Shown: positions 37,576 through 49,177 of the stretch, piece by piece | Numbering within the stretch: the stretch's first letter is position 1 | Layout of the letters: every line of letters starts with the position of its first letter | Source: Mobula hypostoma | Lineage: Eukaryota | Length of the DNA: 64,000 nucleotides | Assembly (NCBI RefSeq): GCF_963921235.1 | Contig: NC_086097.1 | Location: 226,054,001 to 226,118,000, forward strand | Direction of reading: 5' to 3' | The notes under the pieces: model-generated | Told to the model about the DNA's origin: nothing | What the model saw: only the letters and a program-made list of their open reading frames with translations | The model's database searches: none | Position numbers and translations under genes: made by a program

Positions 37576-39191
37576 CAGGTGTCCCCTGCTTTTCCAACGT
37601 TTGCTTTACGAAACCTCACTGTTACGAAAGACCTACATTAGTACCCTGTTTTTGCTTTCAGAAGGTGTTTTCACTGTTATGAAGAAAGGCAGCGCGCGAT
37701 AAAAAATCAGTGCACGAAAAAATCAGCGCACGATAAAAGGCAGCGCGTGCCCCTAGCAGCCGCTCTCCCCCGGATTCGGAACGGCATTCTAGCCAGCATT
37801 GCTTAACCACGTTGCATTGAGCAGCCATTTGCAAGATGAGTTCTATGGTATCGGAAAAGCCTGAAAGAGCTCGTAAGCGTGTTACACTTAGCATAAAACT
37901 AGACATAATTAAGCGTTTCGATCGTGGTGAACGAAGTAAGGACAACGTGAGTTTGGATTGTGGAAGCTGACGAAGATGATGTTGAAGAGGTTTTGGCATC
38001 CCATGACCAAGAATTGATAGATGAAGAGCTGATGCAATTGGAAGAAGAAAGGATAACAATCGAAACCAAATGCAGTAGCGAAAGTGAAGCAACTTCGTGA
38101 GATTTTCGCTGCAATGATAAAGTACGACTTTAATTTTGAAAAGGTACGTAAGTTTAGGGGATATTTGCAGGATGGTTTGAGTGCTTACAAAGAACTGTGT
38201 GATAGAAAAATGCACGAGGCTCAGCAGTCAAGCAAGCCTTCCACATCAGCCACAGCAGACGACGAACCTCGACCTTCCACATCGAGGCAGGCAGTCATAG
38301 GAGAAGATGAGCTGCCTGCTCTAATGGAAACAAACGATGAGATGACACCCCAGTGTCCCACCACCCCAACACCCAGGCCACAGACAGATACCGATTCGCG
38401 GAGAATGCAGCGGTAGCCGGGAGGCACACAGCACATCTTTAAGAAAAAAGCCGAAATAAACATGCTAATTAATTAGGTGCCATCTAGCACGTAATTGTCG
38501 GCCCAGATCAGAGGTGATGCAATCGGCAATCGCCTCTGATCTGCACTGACATTTACGTGCCGGGCAGCACATAATTAATTAGCATGTTTATTTCAGCTCT
38601 TTTTCTTAAAGATGTGCTGGATGCCTCCCGGCTACCGCTGGACCCCTGCATGCTTCGCGGTTCGGTATCTATCGGCAACCCGGAGGGTGGGGGCCACAGC
38701 ACCACCCAACCTGCGACGACTCAGCCTAACACACCATCACCAGTGTGCTCGGCACTGTTTTCCCAATTCTGGTAAGTGATACTACACTGTACATATATTA
38801 TTTCTATTTTATATAGGTTGTGTATTTTTACGTGTTACTTGGTAGATTTGGCAGCTTCATAGTCTAAAGGTCACTGGAGAGCGCATTTACGCCAACAGCG
38901 CTTGCGTGAGATTTTCGCTACAGAGCTCTGTGCAGGCAATAGTTGTAGAGAAGTATTTCTACTTTTTATAGGCTGTGTATTTATCATATCATTCCTGCTT
39001 TTACTATATGTTACTGTTATTTTAGGTTTTATATGTTATTTGGCATGATTTGGTAGGTTATTTTTGGGTCTGTGAACGCTCACAAAATTTTCCCATATAA
39101 ATAAATGGTAATTGCTTCTTCGCTTTATGACGTTCCAGCTTACAAACCGTTTCAGAGGAACACTCTACCTTCGGATGGCGGGGGAAACCTG
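37576..39191 (+). mobile_element. Internally deleted Tigger/pogo DNA transposon
   Basis: Imperfect TIRs caggtgtcccc / ggggaaacctg, with TA on the right and CA on the left. N-terminal HTH remnant RKRVTLSIKLDIIKRFDRGE (~37870) joins C-terminal remnants DVEEVLASHDQEL and DFNFEKVRK...AYKEL. No DDE core. Confidence 0.85.
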
Positions 39192-39236
39192 TATATGGTA
39201 TTTGTTATTTTAACCAAAGATTTAAATCACCCAAGT

Positions 39237-39856
39237 CAAAATCAGAATCAGGTTTTATATCACAAACATATACAAGAAGTATTAAGTATTATAGAGCTAT
39301 AAAGAAAATGAAATTAAATAAGTAGTGCAAAAAGTGAGGAAAAAATAAATTTAAGGTCATTTTCATTGTCCATTCATAAATGTGATGGAGGAGGTGAAGA
39401 GGCTGTTCCTGAAACAATGAGTGTGTGTCTTCAGGCTCCTGTACCTACTCCTTGATGGTAGTAATGAGAAGAGGGCATGTCCTGGATGACAAAGACCCTT
39501 AATGTTGGATGCTGCCTTTTTGAGACATCTCCTTTTGAAAGAGTCCTGAATGCTGGCAAGGCTAGAGCCCATGATGGAGCTGGAAGAGCTTATAACCTTC
39601 TGCAGGTTTTTCCAATCCTGTGCAGTGGCCCGTCCAAACCAGATAGTGATGCGACTAGTTAGACTGCTCTCCATACTACATCTGTAGAAATTTATCAGTG
39701 TCTTTGGTGATGCACAAATTCTCCTCAAACTCCCATCGCCGCTGTCTTGCCTTTGTAATTGCATCAATATGTTGGGCTCAAGATAGATCCTCAATTCACC
39801 CAGGAACATGAAACTCCTCACTCTGTCCACTTCTGATCTCTTGATGAGGACTGACC
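39237..39856 (-). mobile_element. Rex1/Babar 3' fragment
   Basis: ORF 39363-39896 (FYRCSMES, HPGHALFSLLPS) and aatcagaatcag tail. Confidence 0.86.
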
Positions 39857-42800
39857 CAAATTTTGATGATATTCTGTAAATGAAAATCTGAGGCATTCTG
39901 TACCATGTGCTTGATCAGTTACATGGCTGTGGGTATTGATAATACTCAATCCAATGATTCGAGTAAAATGAACCAAGCAGTATTGTACAACAATATGGCT
40001 GCTTTACTACTACGTCAATTCAGGCCTAGGAGGCCGACATCAGGCATAAGGCAAGGCAAGGCAAGGCTGCTTTGCCACACATTACTTAATTGTTTAAAGA
40101 TGCAGCTTGGATCTTCATCCAGGAGTAGAGTTATGGATGTAAACTAAGGGAAAACTGTTTGATTTATCAAAGTTGAGAAAGTTCAGTAAAGTACCTAAAT
40201 TCTACAAGAACTTCTAAATGCTGTTTACTCATGTGTGACAGTTTTTAAAGATAACTAGATGATGGGGGTGATTAACTGTTTTCTTTCCTAGAGAAGAGGA
40301 GAATAAAGGAATAATGAGAAAGCTAATTCTGTATTCTGGATAGCTTGACAGGTTATATAATTCTGATTCTTGTTAGCTTTCCTGGATGTATAACTTCAGC
40401 AAGCTACATGCCCAGGTACTGTGAAAATCAGAGACTACTTACTACTCTGTATGCACAGTTTGCTACCCACTAAGAGCACTAGAACACAGAATCTCTCTCA
40501 AGATGACCAGATTAAAGGAATTTATTTGTTAAATAGAGGATTATTCTGGTATTCTGTTCCTGTACTATGTTTAAAGTACAGGATCAAATTCATTGGAAAA
40601 GAAAACTAAATTGTGTGCCGATCTTGTTGCCACACAACTGTAACTGTGTGGAAGAACCTCAGATGGCAACAAGGAGGTGAACAGGAGTAAGATAGATCAA
40701 ATGATTAAGCAGCATCACAATGTCAACCCTGCACCCATGTTCAGTAAGACTAAAGAATCGATTGTGGACTTCAGGAAAGGCAAGTCAAGGAACTAGTCTT
40801 CACGAAGGGATCAGTATTAGAAAGAGTGAGCTGTTTCAATTTTCTAGGTGTCAACATTTCTGAAGACCTATCCATTTTGATGCAATTATAAAGTGGGCAC
40901 TCAAGTGGCTATATTTGAGTTTGAGGAAACTTGGTATGTCTGAAAGACTCTTGCAAATTTCTATAGATATGCAGTGGAGAACATTCTGACTAGATGCATC
41001 AGAGGCTGAGATGGAGGCTCTGATGCACTGGATTGCAAGAGATTGCAGAGAGTTGTAGATTCATCTCGCTCCATCACAGACACAACTCTCCCTATTATCT
41101 AGGATATCTTCAAGACATGATGATGCTGGATGGGTAAAGCCCTCATAACCATTGATCACATCTACATGAAATACTGTTGCAGGAAAGTAGCATCCATCAT
41201 CAGGGACTCCCATCACCCAGGATATGCCCTCCTCTTGCCACTACCATCAGGAAGGCATACGAGCTGCAGGTCTCACACCACTAGGTTCAGGAACATCAGA
41301 CTCTTGAACAAAGGAGATAATTTCACTTTCCCCATCATTGAAATATTCACACAACCAATGGATTGCCTTTCTAGGGCTCTTCATTTCATGTTCTCGGTAT
41401 TTATTGCTTATTTATTCATCACTATTATTTCTTCTTTTTGTATTTGCACAGTTTGTTGTCTCCTGCACTCTGGTTGAACATCCTAGTTGGGCGGTCTTTT
41501 ATTGATTCTGGTATCGTTATTCTTCTATAGGAAATGAATTCATTCCACAAGGAAATGAATCTCAAGGTTGTATATGGTGACATATGTGTACTTTGTGCTC
41601 AAAGACTGTGCACCTCAGCTATGTGGAGTACTTCGCCATGTCTTCAACCTGAGCCTGAGGCTCCGGAGGGCTCCTGTGCTGTGGAAGACATCCTGCCTCG
41701 TCCCTGTGCTGAAGATGCCGCGCCCCAGCGGCCTCAATGACTACAGACTGGTGGCATTGACCTCTCACATCATGAAAACCCTGGACTGACTTGTTCTGGA
41801 GCTGCTCCGGCCTATGGTCAGGCCACACTTAGATCTCCTCCAGTTCACCTACCAGCCCCGACTAGGAGTTGAGGATGCCATCGTCTACCTGCTGAACCGT
41901 GTCTACGCCCACCTGGACAAGCCAGCGAGCATTGTGAGGGTCATGTTTTTTGACTTCTCCAGTGCGTTCAACACCATCCGCCCTGGTCTGCTGGGGGAGA
42001 AGCTGACAGCGATGCAGGTGGATGCTTCCCTGGTGTCATGGATTCTTGATTACCTGACTGGCAGACCACAGTACGTGTGCTTGCAACACTGTGTGTCCGA
42101 CAGAGTGATCAGCAGCACTGGGGCTCCACAGGGGACTGTCTTGTCTCCCTTTCTCTTCACCATTTACACCTCGGATTTCAACTACTGCATAGAGTCTTGT
42201 CAACTTCAGAATTTTTTGGATGACTCTGCCATAGTTGGATGCATCAGCAAGGGAGATGAGGTTGAATACAGGGTTACTGTAGGAAACTTTGTCACATGGT
42301 GTGAGCAGAATTATCTGCAGCTTAATGTGAAAAAGACTAAGTAGCTGGTGGTAGACCTGAGGAGAGCTAAGGTACCGGTGACCCCCGTTTCCATCAAGGG
42401 GGTCAGTGTGGACATGGTGGAGGATTACAAATACCTGGGGATACGAATTGACAATAAACTGGACTGGTCAAAGAACACTGAGGCTGTCTACAAGAAGGGT
42501 CAGAACCGTCCTTATTTCCTAAGGAGACTGAGGTCCTTTAACATCTGCCAGACGATGCTGAGAATGTTCTACGAGTCTGTGGTGGCCAGTGCTATCATGT
42601 TTACTGTTGTGTGCTGGGGCAGCAGGCTGAGGGTAGCAGACACCAACAGAATCAACAAACTTATTCGTAAGGCCAGTGATGTTGTGGGGATGGAACTGGA
42701 CTCAATCACGGTGGTGTCTGAAAAGAGGATGCTGTCTAAGTTGCATGTCATCTTGGTCAATGTCTCCCATCCACTACATAATGTACTGGGCGGGCACAGG

Positions 42801-43049
42801 AGTACATTCAGCCAGAGACTCATTCCTCCAAGATGCAGCACAGAGCATCATAGAAAGTCATTCCTGCCTGTGGCCATCAAACTTTACAATGCCTCCCTTG
42901 GAGGGTCAGACACCCTGAGCCAATAGGCTGGTCCTGGACTTATTTCCTGGCATCATTTACATATTACTATTTAATTATTTATGGCTTTATTACTATTTAT
43001 TTATTTATGGTGCAACTGTAACGAAAACCAATTTCCCCCGGGATCAATA

Positions 43050-45635
43050 AACATAGAAACATAGAAACATAGAAAATAGGTGCAGGAGTAGGCCATTCGG
43101 CCCTTCGAGCCTGCACCGCCATTTATTATGATCATGGCTGATCATCCAACTCAGAACCCAGCCTTCCCTCCATACCCCCTGACCCCTGTAGCCACAAGGG
43201 CCATATCTAACTTCCTTTTAAACATAGCTAATGAACTGGCCTCAACAGTTTGCTGTGGCAGAGAATTCCACAGATTCACCACTCTCTGTGTGAAGAAGTT
43301 TTTCCTAACCTCGGTCCTAAAAGGCTTCCCCTCTATCCTCAAACTGTGACCCCTCGTTCTAGACCTCCCCAACATCGGGAACAATCTTCCCGCATCTAGC
43401 CTGTCCAATCCCTTTAGGATCTTATACGTTTCAATCAGATCCCCCCTCAATCTTCTAAATTCCAACGAGTACAAGCCCAGTTCATCCAGTCTTTCTTCAT
43501 ATGAAAGACCTGCCATCCCAGGAATCAATCTGGTGAACCTTCTTTGTACTCCCTCTATGGCAAGGATGTCTTTCCTCAGATTAGGGGACCAAAACTGCAC
43601 ACAATACTCCAGGTGTGGTCTCACCAAGGCCTTGTACAACTGCAGTAGTACCTCCCTGCTCCTGTACTCGAATCCTCTCGCTATAAATGCCAGCATACCG
43701 TTCGCCTTTTTCACCGCCTGCTGTACCTGCATGCCCACTTTCAATGACTGGTGTATAATGACACCCAGGTCTCGTTGCACCTCCCCTTTTCCTAATCGGC
43801 CACCATTCAGATAATAATCTGTTTTCCTATTTTTGCCACCAAAGTGGATAACTTCACATTTATCCACATTAAATTGCATCTGCCATGAGTTTGCCCACTC
43901 ACCCAACCTATCCAAGTCACCCTGCATCCTCTTAGCATCCTCCTCACTGCTAACACTGCCACCCAGCTTTGTGTCATCCGCAAACTTGGAGATGCTGCAT
44001 TTAATTCCCTCATCCAAGTCATTAATATATATTGTAAACAACTGGGGTCCCAGCACTGAGCCTTGCGGTACCCCACTAGTCACCGCCTGCCATTCTGAAA
44101 AGGTCCCGTTTATTCCCACTCTTTGCTTCCTGTCTGCTAACCAATTCTCCACCCACACCAATACCTTACCCCCAATACCATGTGCTTTAAGTTTGCACAC
44201 TAATCTCCTGTGTGGGACCTTGTCAAAAGCCTTTTGAAAATCCAAATATACCACATCCACTGGTTCTCCCCTATCCACTCTACTAGTTACATCCTCAAAA
44301 AATTCTATGAGATTCGTCAGACATGATTTTCCTTTCACAAATCCATGCTGACTTTGTCCGATCATTTCACCGCTTTCCAAATGTGCTGTTATCACATCCT
44401 TGATAACTGACTCCAGCAGTTTCCCCACCACCGACGTTAGGCTAACCGGCCTATAATTCCCCGGTTTCTCTCTCCCTCCTTTTTTAAAAAGTGGGGTTAC
44501 ATTAGCCACCCTCCAATCCTCAGGAACTAGTCCAGAATCTAAAGAGTTTTGAAAAATTATCACTAATGCATCCACTATTTCTTGGGCCACTTCCTTAAGC
44601 ACTCTGGGATGCAGACCATCTGGCCCTGGGGATTTATCTGCCTTCAATCCCTTCAATTTACCTAACACCACTTCCCTACTAACATGTATTTCGCTCAGTT
44701 CCTCCATCTCACTGGACCCTCTGTCCCTTACTATTTCTGGAAGATTATTTATGTCCTCCTTAGTGAAGACAGAACCAAAGTAATTATTCAATTGGTCTGC
44801 CATGTCCTTGCTCCCCATAATCAATTCACCTGTTTCTGTTTGCAGGGGACCTACATTTGTCTTTATCAGTCTTTTCCTTTTTACATATCTATAAAAGCTT
44901 TTACAGTCCGTTTTTATGTTCTCTGCCAGTTTTCTCTCATAATCTTTTTTCCCCTTCCTAATTAAGCCCTTTGTCCTCCTCTGCTGAACTCTGAATTTCT
45001 CCCAGTCCTCAGGTGAGCCACTTTCTCTGGCTAATTTGTATGCTACTTCTTTGGAATTGATACTATCCCTAATTTCTCTTGTCAGCCACGGGTGCACTAC
45101 CTTCCTTGATTTATTCTTTTGCCAAACTGGGATGAACAATTGTTGTAGTTCATCCATGCAACCTTTAAATGCCTGCCATTGCATATCCACCGTCAATCCT
45201 TGAAGTGTCATTTGCCAGTCTATCTTAGCTAATTCACGTCTCATACCTTCAAAGTTACCCCTCTTTAAGTTCAGAACCTTTGTTTCTGAATTAACTACGT
45301 CACTCTCCATGTTAATGAAGAATTCCACCATATTATGGTCACTCTTACCCAAGGGGCCTCTCACGACAAGATCGCTAATTAACCCTTCCTCATTGCTCAA
45401 AACCCAGTCCAGAATAGCCTGCTCTCTAGTCGGTTCCTCGACATGTTGGTTCAAAAAACCATCCCGCATACATTCCAAGAAATCCTCTTCCTCAGCACCT
45501 TTACCAATTTGGTTCACCCAGTCTACATGTAGATTGAAGTCACCCATTATAACTGCTGTTCCTTTATTGCACACATTTCTAATTTCCTGTTTAATACCAT
45601 CTCCGACCTCACTACTACTGTTATGTAGTAGTGAC
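43050..45635 (-). mobile_element. Young CR1 LINE, 5'-truncated within the endonuclease
   Basis: (catagaaa)n tail at 43052 and an uninterrupted ORF2. Inserted in the aataaa of Rex1 with a short taaa duplication. Confidence 0.97.
43151..45574 (-). CDS. CR1 ORF2 (partial APE endonuclease and reverse transcriptase), 807 aa open
   Basis: [32 protein letters not shown] and KFADD motifs in one frame. Confidence 0.92.
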   Translation of the reverse strand: MCNKGTAVIMGDFNLHVDWVNQIGKGAEEEDFLECMRDGFLNQHVEEPTREQAILDWVLSNEEGLISDLVVRGPLGKSDHNMVEFFINMESDVVNSETKVLNLKRGNFEGMRRELAKIDWQMTLQGLTVDMQWQAFKGCMDELQQLFIPVWQKNKSRKVVHPWLTREIRDSINSKEVAYKLARESGSPEDWEKFRVQQRRTKGLIRKGKKDYERKLAENIKTDCKSFYRYVKRKRLIKTNVGPLQTETGELIMGSKDMADQLNNYFGSVFTKEDINNLPEIVRDRGSSEMEELSEIHVSREVVLGKLKGLKADKSPGPDGLHPRVLKEVAQEIVDALVIIFQNSLDSGLVPEDWRVANVTPLFKKGGREKPGNYRPVSLTSVVGKLLESVIKDVITAHLESGEMIGQSQHGFVKGKSCLTNLIEFFEDVTSRVDRGEPVDVVYLDFQKAFDKVPHRRLVCKLKAHGIGGKVLVWVENWLADRKQRVGINGTFSEWQAVTSGVPQGSVLGPQLFTIYINDLDEGIKCSISKFADDTKLGGSVSSEEDAKRMQGDLDRLGEWANSWQMQFNVDKCEVIHFGGKNRKTDYYLNGGRLGKGEVQRDLGVIIHQSLKVGMQVQQAVKKANGMLAFIARGFEYRSREVLLQLYKALVRPHLEYCVQFWSPNLRKDILAIEGVQRRFTRLIPGMAGLSYEERLDELGLYSLEFRRLRGDLIETYKILKGLDRLDAGRLFPMLGRSRTRGHSLRIEGKPFRTEVRKNFFTQRVVNLWNSLPQQTVEASSLAMFKRKLDMALVATGVRGYGGKAGF

Positions 45636-46746
45636 TAAAGTATGACTATGACTATGACTATGACTTTGATAATAAAATTTACTTCAAACTTTGAATTTTG
45701 AACTTTGACTCAAGAAGACACATCCATCATTAAGGATCTTTGTGATAGACATTCATTTCCTAGGCCTCTATATCTTGGTTGTTAGCTAATCTTGCTTTCT
45801 AAACACAGCAGCTGCCACTTGTAAGATTGCAAACAGATGTAAGTAAACTTCAGCTCTATTGCTTTGTTTAGTTCAGGTTAGTTTAGTCTAGTTTATTTTT
45901 TTATGCCATCGACCCCTACTATTAACCGAGGGGTCCTAATTGGGAATCCCTAGTTTAGTTTCTAGTGATAAATGGGAGTCAGTCTTCAGTTCTTAAAATG
46001 TAAATGGAAAACAGTAATCAGTATGAATTTAAAACAGAGTATTGTCTATGGAGTAGCTTTGAAGATGCTGTCTGTGAGATGTAAGATGCAAGCTCACTAT
46101 GCCTGTTTTATTGTTACTCAGAGTTGCAGTATAAGTCAAGAGTTGTTTAATTGGGCTTGTTTCAAAATAGACAAGATAGCTACATTCTTAGTTCCAGGAA
46201 GCTTTCTGTCTAGATGGATTTATTATCATTTAGCATATTAAATAATTGATCTATTAATGTTGGAAAATGTATATACTCAAGGAAATTAACATTATAGCAT
46301 TAATTGAGAAATGTGTATCCAAAATGATTTTAGACCTTCTGTGTTAAAAAGGTATCTAAGGAGATATCTAAGGTATGCATGTGAAGTTATCCAGGTGGCA
46401 AGAAAGGATATAAATGTAGAGGGCAGTTCAGTCTTATTAGGGTGGGATAAAGAAGATCATATGTCTGCTTTTCTAACCCTTGTATCATACTCACCTTTTT
46501 GCCTATTCCCCGGTTTCTCATCAACCCTGGAAGAGTAAAGAACAGGGACTGGCCTGATCATGTTATCCTTGCTTCACCTCTTTTCCTAGTTGAGATCACT
46601 AACATTGTGCACAAGTATGCATCTTTCTTGCCTCACTTTGAAGGATTTGGATGTGCCTGTCACAAATAGAAACATAGAAACATAGAAAAACTACTACAGC
46701 ATAATAATCTCTGCATTCCGCAGGGATCGCTCCCTACACAACTCCC

Positions 46747-47208
46747 TTGTCCATTCGTCCCCCCCCATCCCTCCCCACTGATCTCCCTCCTGGCACTTAT
46801 CCGTGTAAGTGGAACAAGTGCTACACATGCCCTTACACTTCCTCCCTTACCACCATTCAGGGCCTCAAACAGTCCTTCCAGGTGAGGCAACACTTCACCT
46901 GTGAGTCGACTGGTGTGATATACTGCATCCGGTGCTCCCGATGTGGCCTTTTATATATTGGCGAGACCCGACGCAGACTGGGAGACCACTTTGCTGAACA
47001 TCTACACTCTGTCCGCCAGAGAAAGCAGGATCTCCCAGTGGCCACACATTTTAATTCCACATCCCATTCCCATTCTGACATGTCTATTCACGGCCTCCTC
47101 TACTGTAAAGATGAAGCCACACTCAGGTTGGAGGAACAACACCTTATATTCCGTCTGGGTAGCCTCCAACCTGATGGCATGAACATCGACTTCTCTAACT
47201 TCCGCTAG
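46747..47208 (+). pseudogene. Penelope GIY-YIG endonuclease domain (RT lost by 5' truncation)
   Basis: CKWNKCYTC, FTCESTGVIYCIRCSRCGLLYIGETRRRLGDHFAEHL, and C-terminal LEEQHLIFRLGSLQPDGMN. Confidence 0.92.
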
Positions 47209-47496
47209 GCCCCACCTCCCCTCGTACTCCATCTGTTACTTATTTTTATGCACACATTCTTTCTCTCACTCTCCTTTTTCTCCCTCTGTCCCTCTGAATA
47301 TACCTCTTGCCCATCCTCTGGGTCCCCCCCCCCCTTGTCTTTCTTCCCGGACCTCCTGTCCCATGATCCTCTCATATCCCCTTTTGCCTATCACCTGTCC
47401 AGCTCTTGGCTCTATCCCTCCCCCTCCTGTCTTCTCCTATCATTTTGGATCTCCCCCTGCCCCTCCAACTTTCAAATCCCTTACTCACTCTTCCTT

Positions 47497-47538
47497 CAGT
47501 TAGTCCTGACGAAGGGTCTCGGCCTGAAACGTCGACTG
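47497..47538 (+). ncRNA. Minimal type I hammerhead ribozyme motif with intact core
   Basis: Stem I AGTC (47502)/GACT (47534), core CTGACGA (47506-47512), short stem II, GAAA (47526), palindromic ACGT, predicted cleavage after GTC (47533). Confidence 0.8.
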
Positions 47539-48239
47539 CACCTCTTCCTACAGATGCTGCTTGGCCTGCTGCGTTCACCAGCAACTTTGATGTGTGTTGC
47601 TTGAATTTCCAGCATCTGCAGAATTCCTGTTGACAGCATAATACAGGCCCTTTGCACCACAATGCTGTGCTGAACATGTACTTACTTTAGAAATTACCTA
47701 GGGTTACCCATAGCCCTCTATTCTTCTAAGCTCCATGTACCTATCCAGAAGTCTCCTAAAAGGCCCTATCATATCTGCCTCCACTACTGTTGCCGGCAGC
47801 CCTTTCCATGCACTCATCACTCTCTGCGTAAAAAACTTACCCCTGACACCTCCTCTGTACCTACTTCCAAGCACCTTAAAACTGTGCCCTCTCATGCTAG
47901 CCATTTCAGCCCTGGGAAAAAGCCTCTGACTATCCATATGATCAATGCCTCTCATCATCTTATCGCATCATCTTAGAAATGATTATTCTAATAACACAAT
48001 CCCATGGAAAGAAGAGTTGATAAACATGACTTTCCTGTTAGCTATTTGGATATTACATTCTTACATTTTAACATGGGTATATTTTTATATATGTTCTTAA
48101 CATTTTATATTATTTGCTTCGTAAACGTGTTGTTCATTGCTAATGATGGCATCATACTATCATGGTGTATACCTTTGAATTTAAAGTAATCTATCTTATT
48201 ATATATTGTGTGTTATGTTATGCAATAGTAAAAGACTTA

Positions 48240-48552
48240 CCAGGACGAGAAAGAGTCACAGTTTGAGGATAAAGGGGAAGCCTTTTTGGACCGAAATTAG
48301 GAAAAACTTCTTCACACAGAGAGTGGTGAATCTGTGGAATTCTCTGCCACAGGAAACAGTTGAGGCCAGTTCATTGGCTATATTTAAGAGGGAGTTAGAT
48401 ATGGCCCTTGTGGCTAAAGGGATCAGGGGGTATGGAGGGAAGGCAGGTACAGGGTTCTGAGTTGGACGATCAGCCATGATCGTACTGAATGGCGGTGCAG
48501 GCTCGAAGGGCCAAATGGCCTACTCCTGCACCTATTTTCTATGTTTCTATGA
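48240..48552 (+). mobile_element. CR1 3' end, same young family as 43050-45635
   Basis: Near-identical C-terminus (...GGKAGTGF) and 3'UTR. Confidence 0.92.
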
Positions 48553-48760
48553 ATGCTATACTTCTGATAACCTTTTTTGTCTATCCAGTTGCAATTTCTT
48601 TGGAAACAGAGAAGTTGAAGGTGAAATGCTTAGGGGACCATGAGGGAGAATTTCTTCACTCAGGGGGTGGTGAGAGTGTGCAGTAAGCTACCAGCAGAAG
48701 TGGTGGATGTGGGTTTGATTTCAACAGTTAAGAAAAATTTGGACAGGTACAGTGATAGGA

Positions 48761-49177
48761 CCTCCAAAAGGACCACAGCCTTGGAGGATTTGGAGGCTTG
48801 TGTGCCTCAATGACCCGGAGAGCTATGTTGGCTGGATTCAGGACTTTATGCTTTGGCTATCGATAGGGTCACTCATGCCAAACATGTCAAAGTGTAGAGG
48901 CCAGACTAAGAGTGATCCACTTGTCCTCTACACTTAGGGGTTCAGCTCAGGACTAAAAACCCAGACTGGTAAAACAAAATTGTTATGGAAACAGCAATGA
49001 AGTATCCTTCTACATCTGACTATGGCAGTGTTCCTGAGTCTCCACCCAGCACTTGCATGACTGACAGTAGTGAAAGCTGCGGGGAAGGTACTGACATGAT
49101 GAAGGAAGCCCTGTACACCAACAGAGATGGAGGAGCTTCATTGCTGCCCTAAACACCAGTGGTGTAATGTGCAGTAT
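48761..49177 (+). mobile_element. Non-autonomous RTE-like short element inserted in a CR1 tail (~48615-49305)
   Basis: 14-bp imperfect TSD gtacagtgatagga/gtacaatgttagga. The 5' part resembles RTE UTRs (ccacagccttg...ctcaatga..gagctatg) and the end is agtatgta. Confidence 0.65.

Larger units (their letters stand above)
41596..45668 (+). mobile_element. Young Rex1 LINE, 5'-truncated, split at its 3' end by CR1
   Basis: ORFs 41814-42344 (VRVMFFDFSSAFNTI, GAPQGTVLSPFLF) and 42348-42926. (tatgac)n tail at 45641-45665. TSD actttg. Confidence 0.92.
40660..45740 (+). mobile_element. Two older nested Rex/Babar 3' fragments (outer 40660-41126 plus 45709-45740; inner 41127-41595 plus 45663-45708)
   Basis: Rex C-terminal motifs and 3'UTRs resume collinearly after the inner insertions. 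Confidence 0.72.
46707..47632 (+). mobile_element. Penelope-like element, 5'-truncated, with 11-bp TSD
   Basis: TSD acagcataata at 46696-46706 and 47633-47643; GIY-YIG ORF followed by pLTR. Confidence 0.94.
46663..47962 (-). mobile_element. CR1 3' fragment split by Penelope
   Basis: Tail at 46663-46690 and ORF 47704-47958. Confidence 0.88.
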
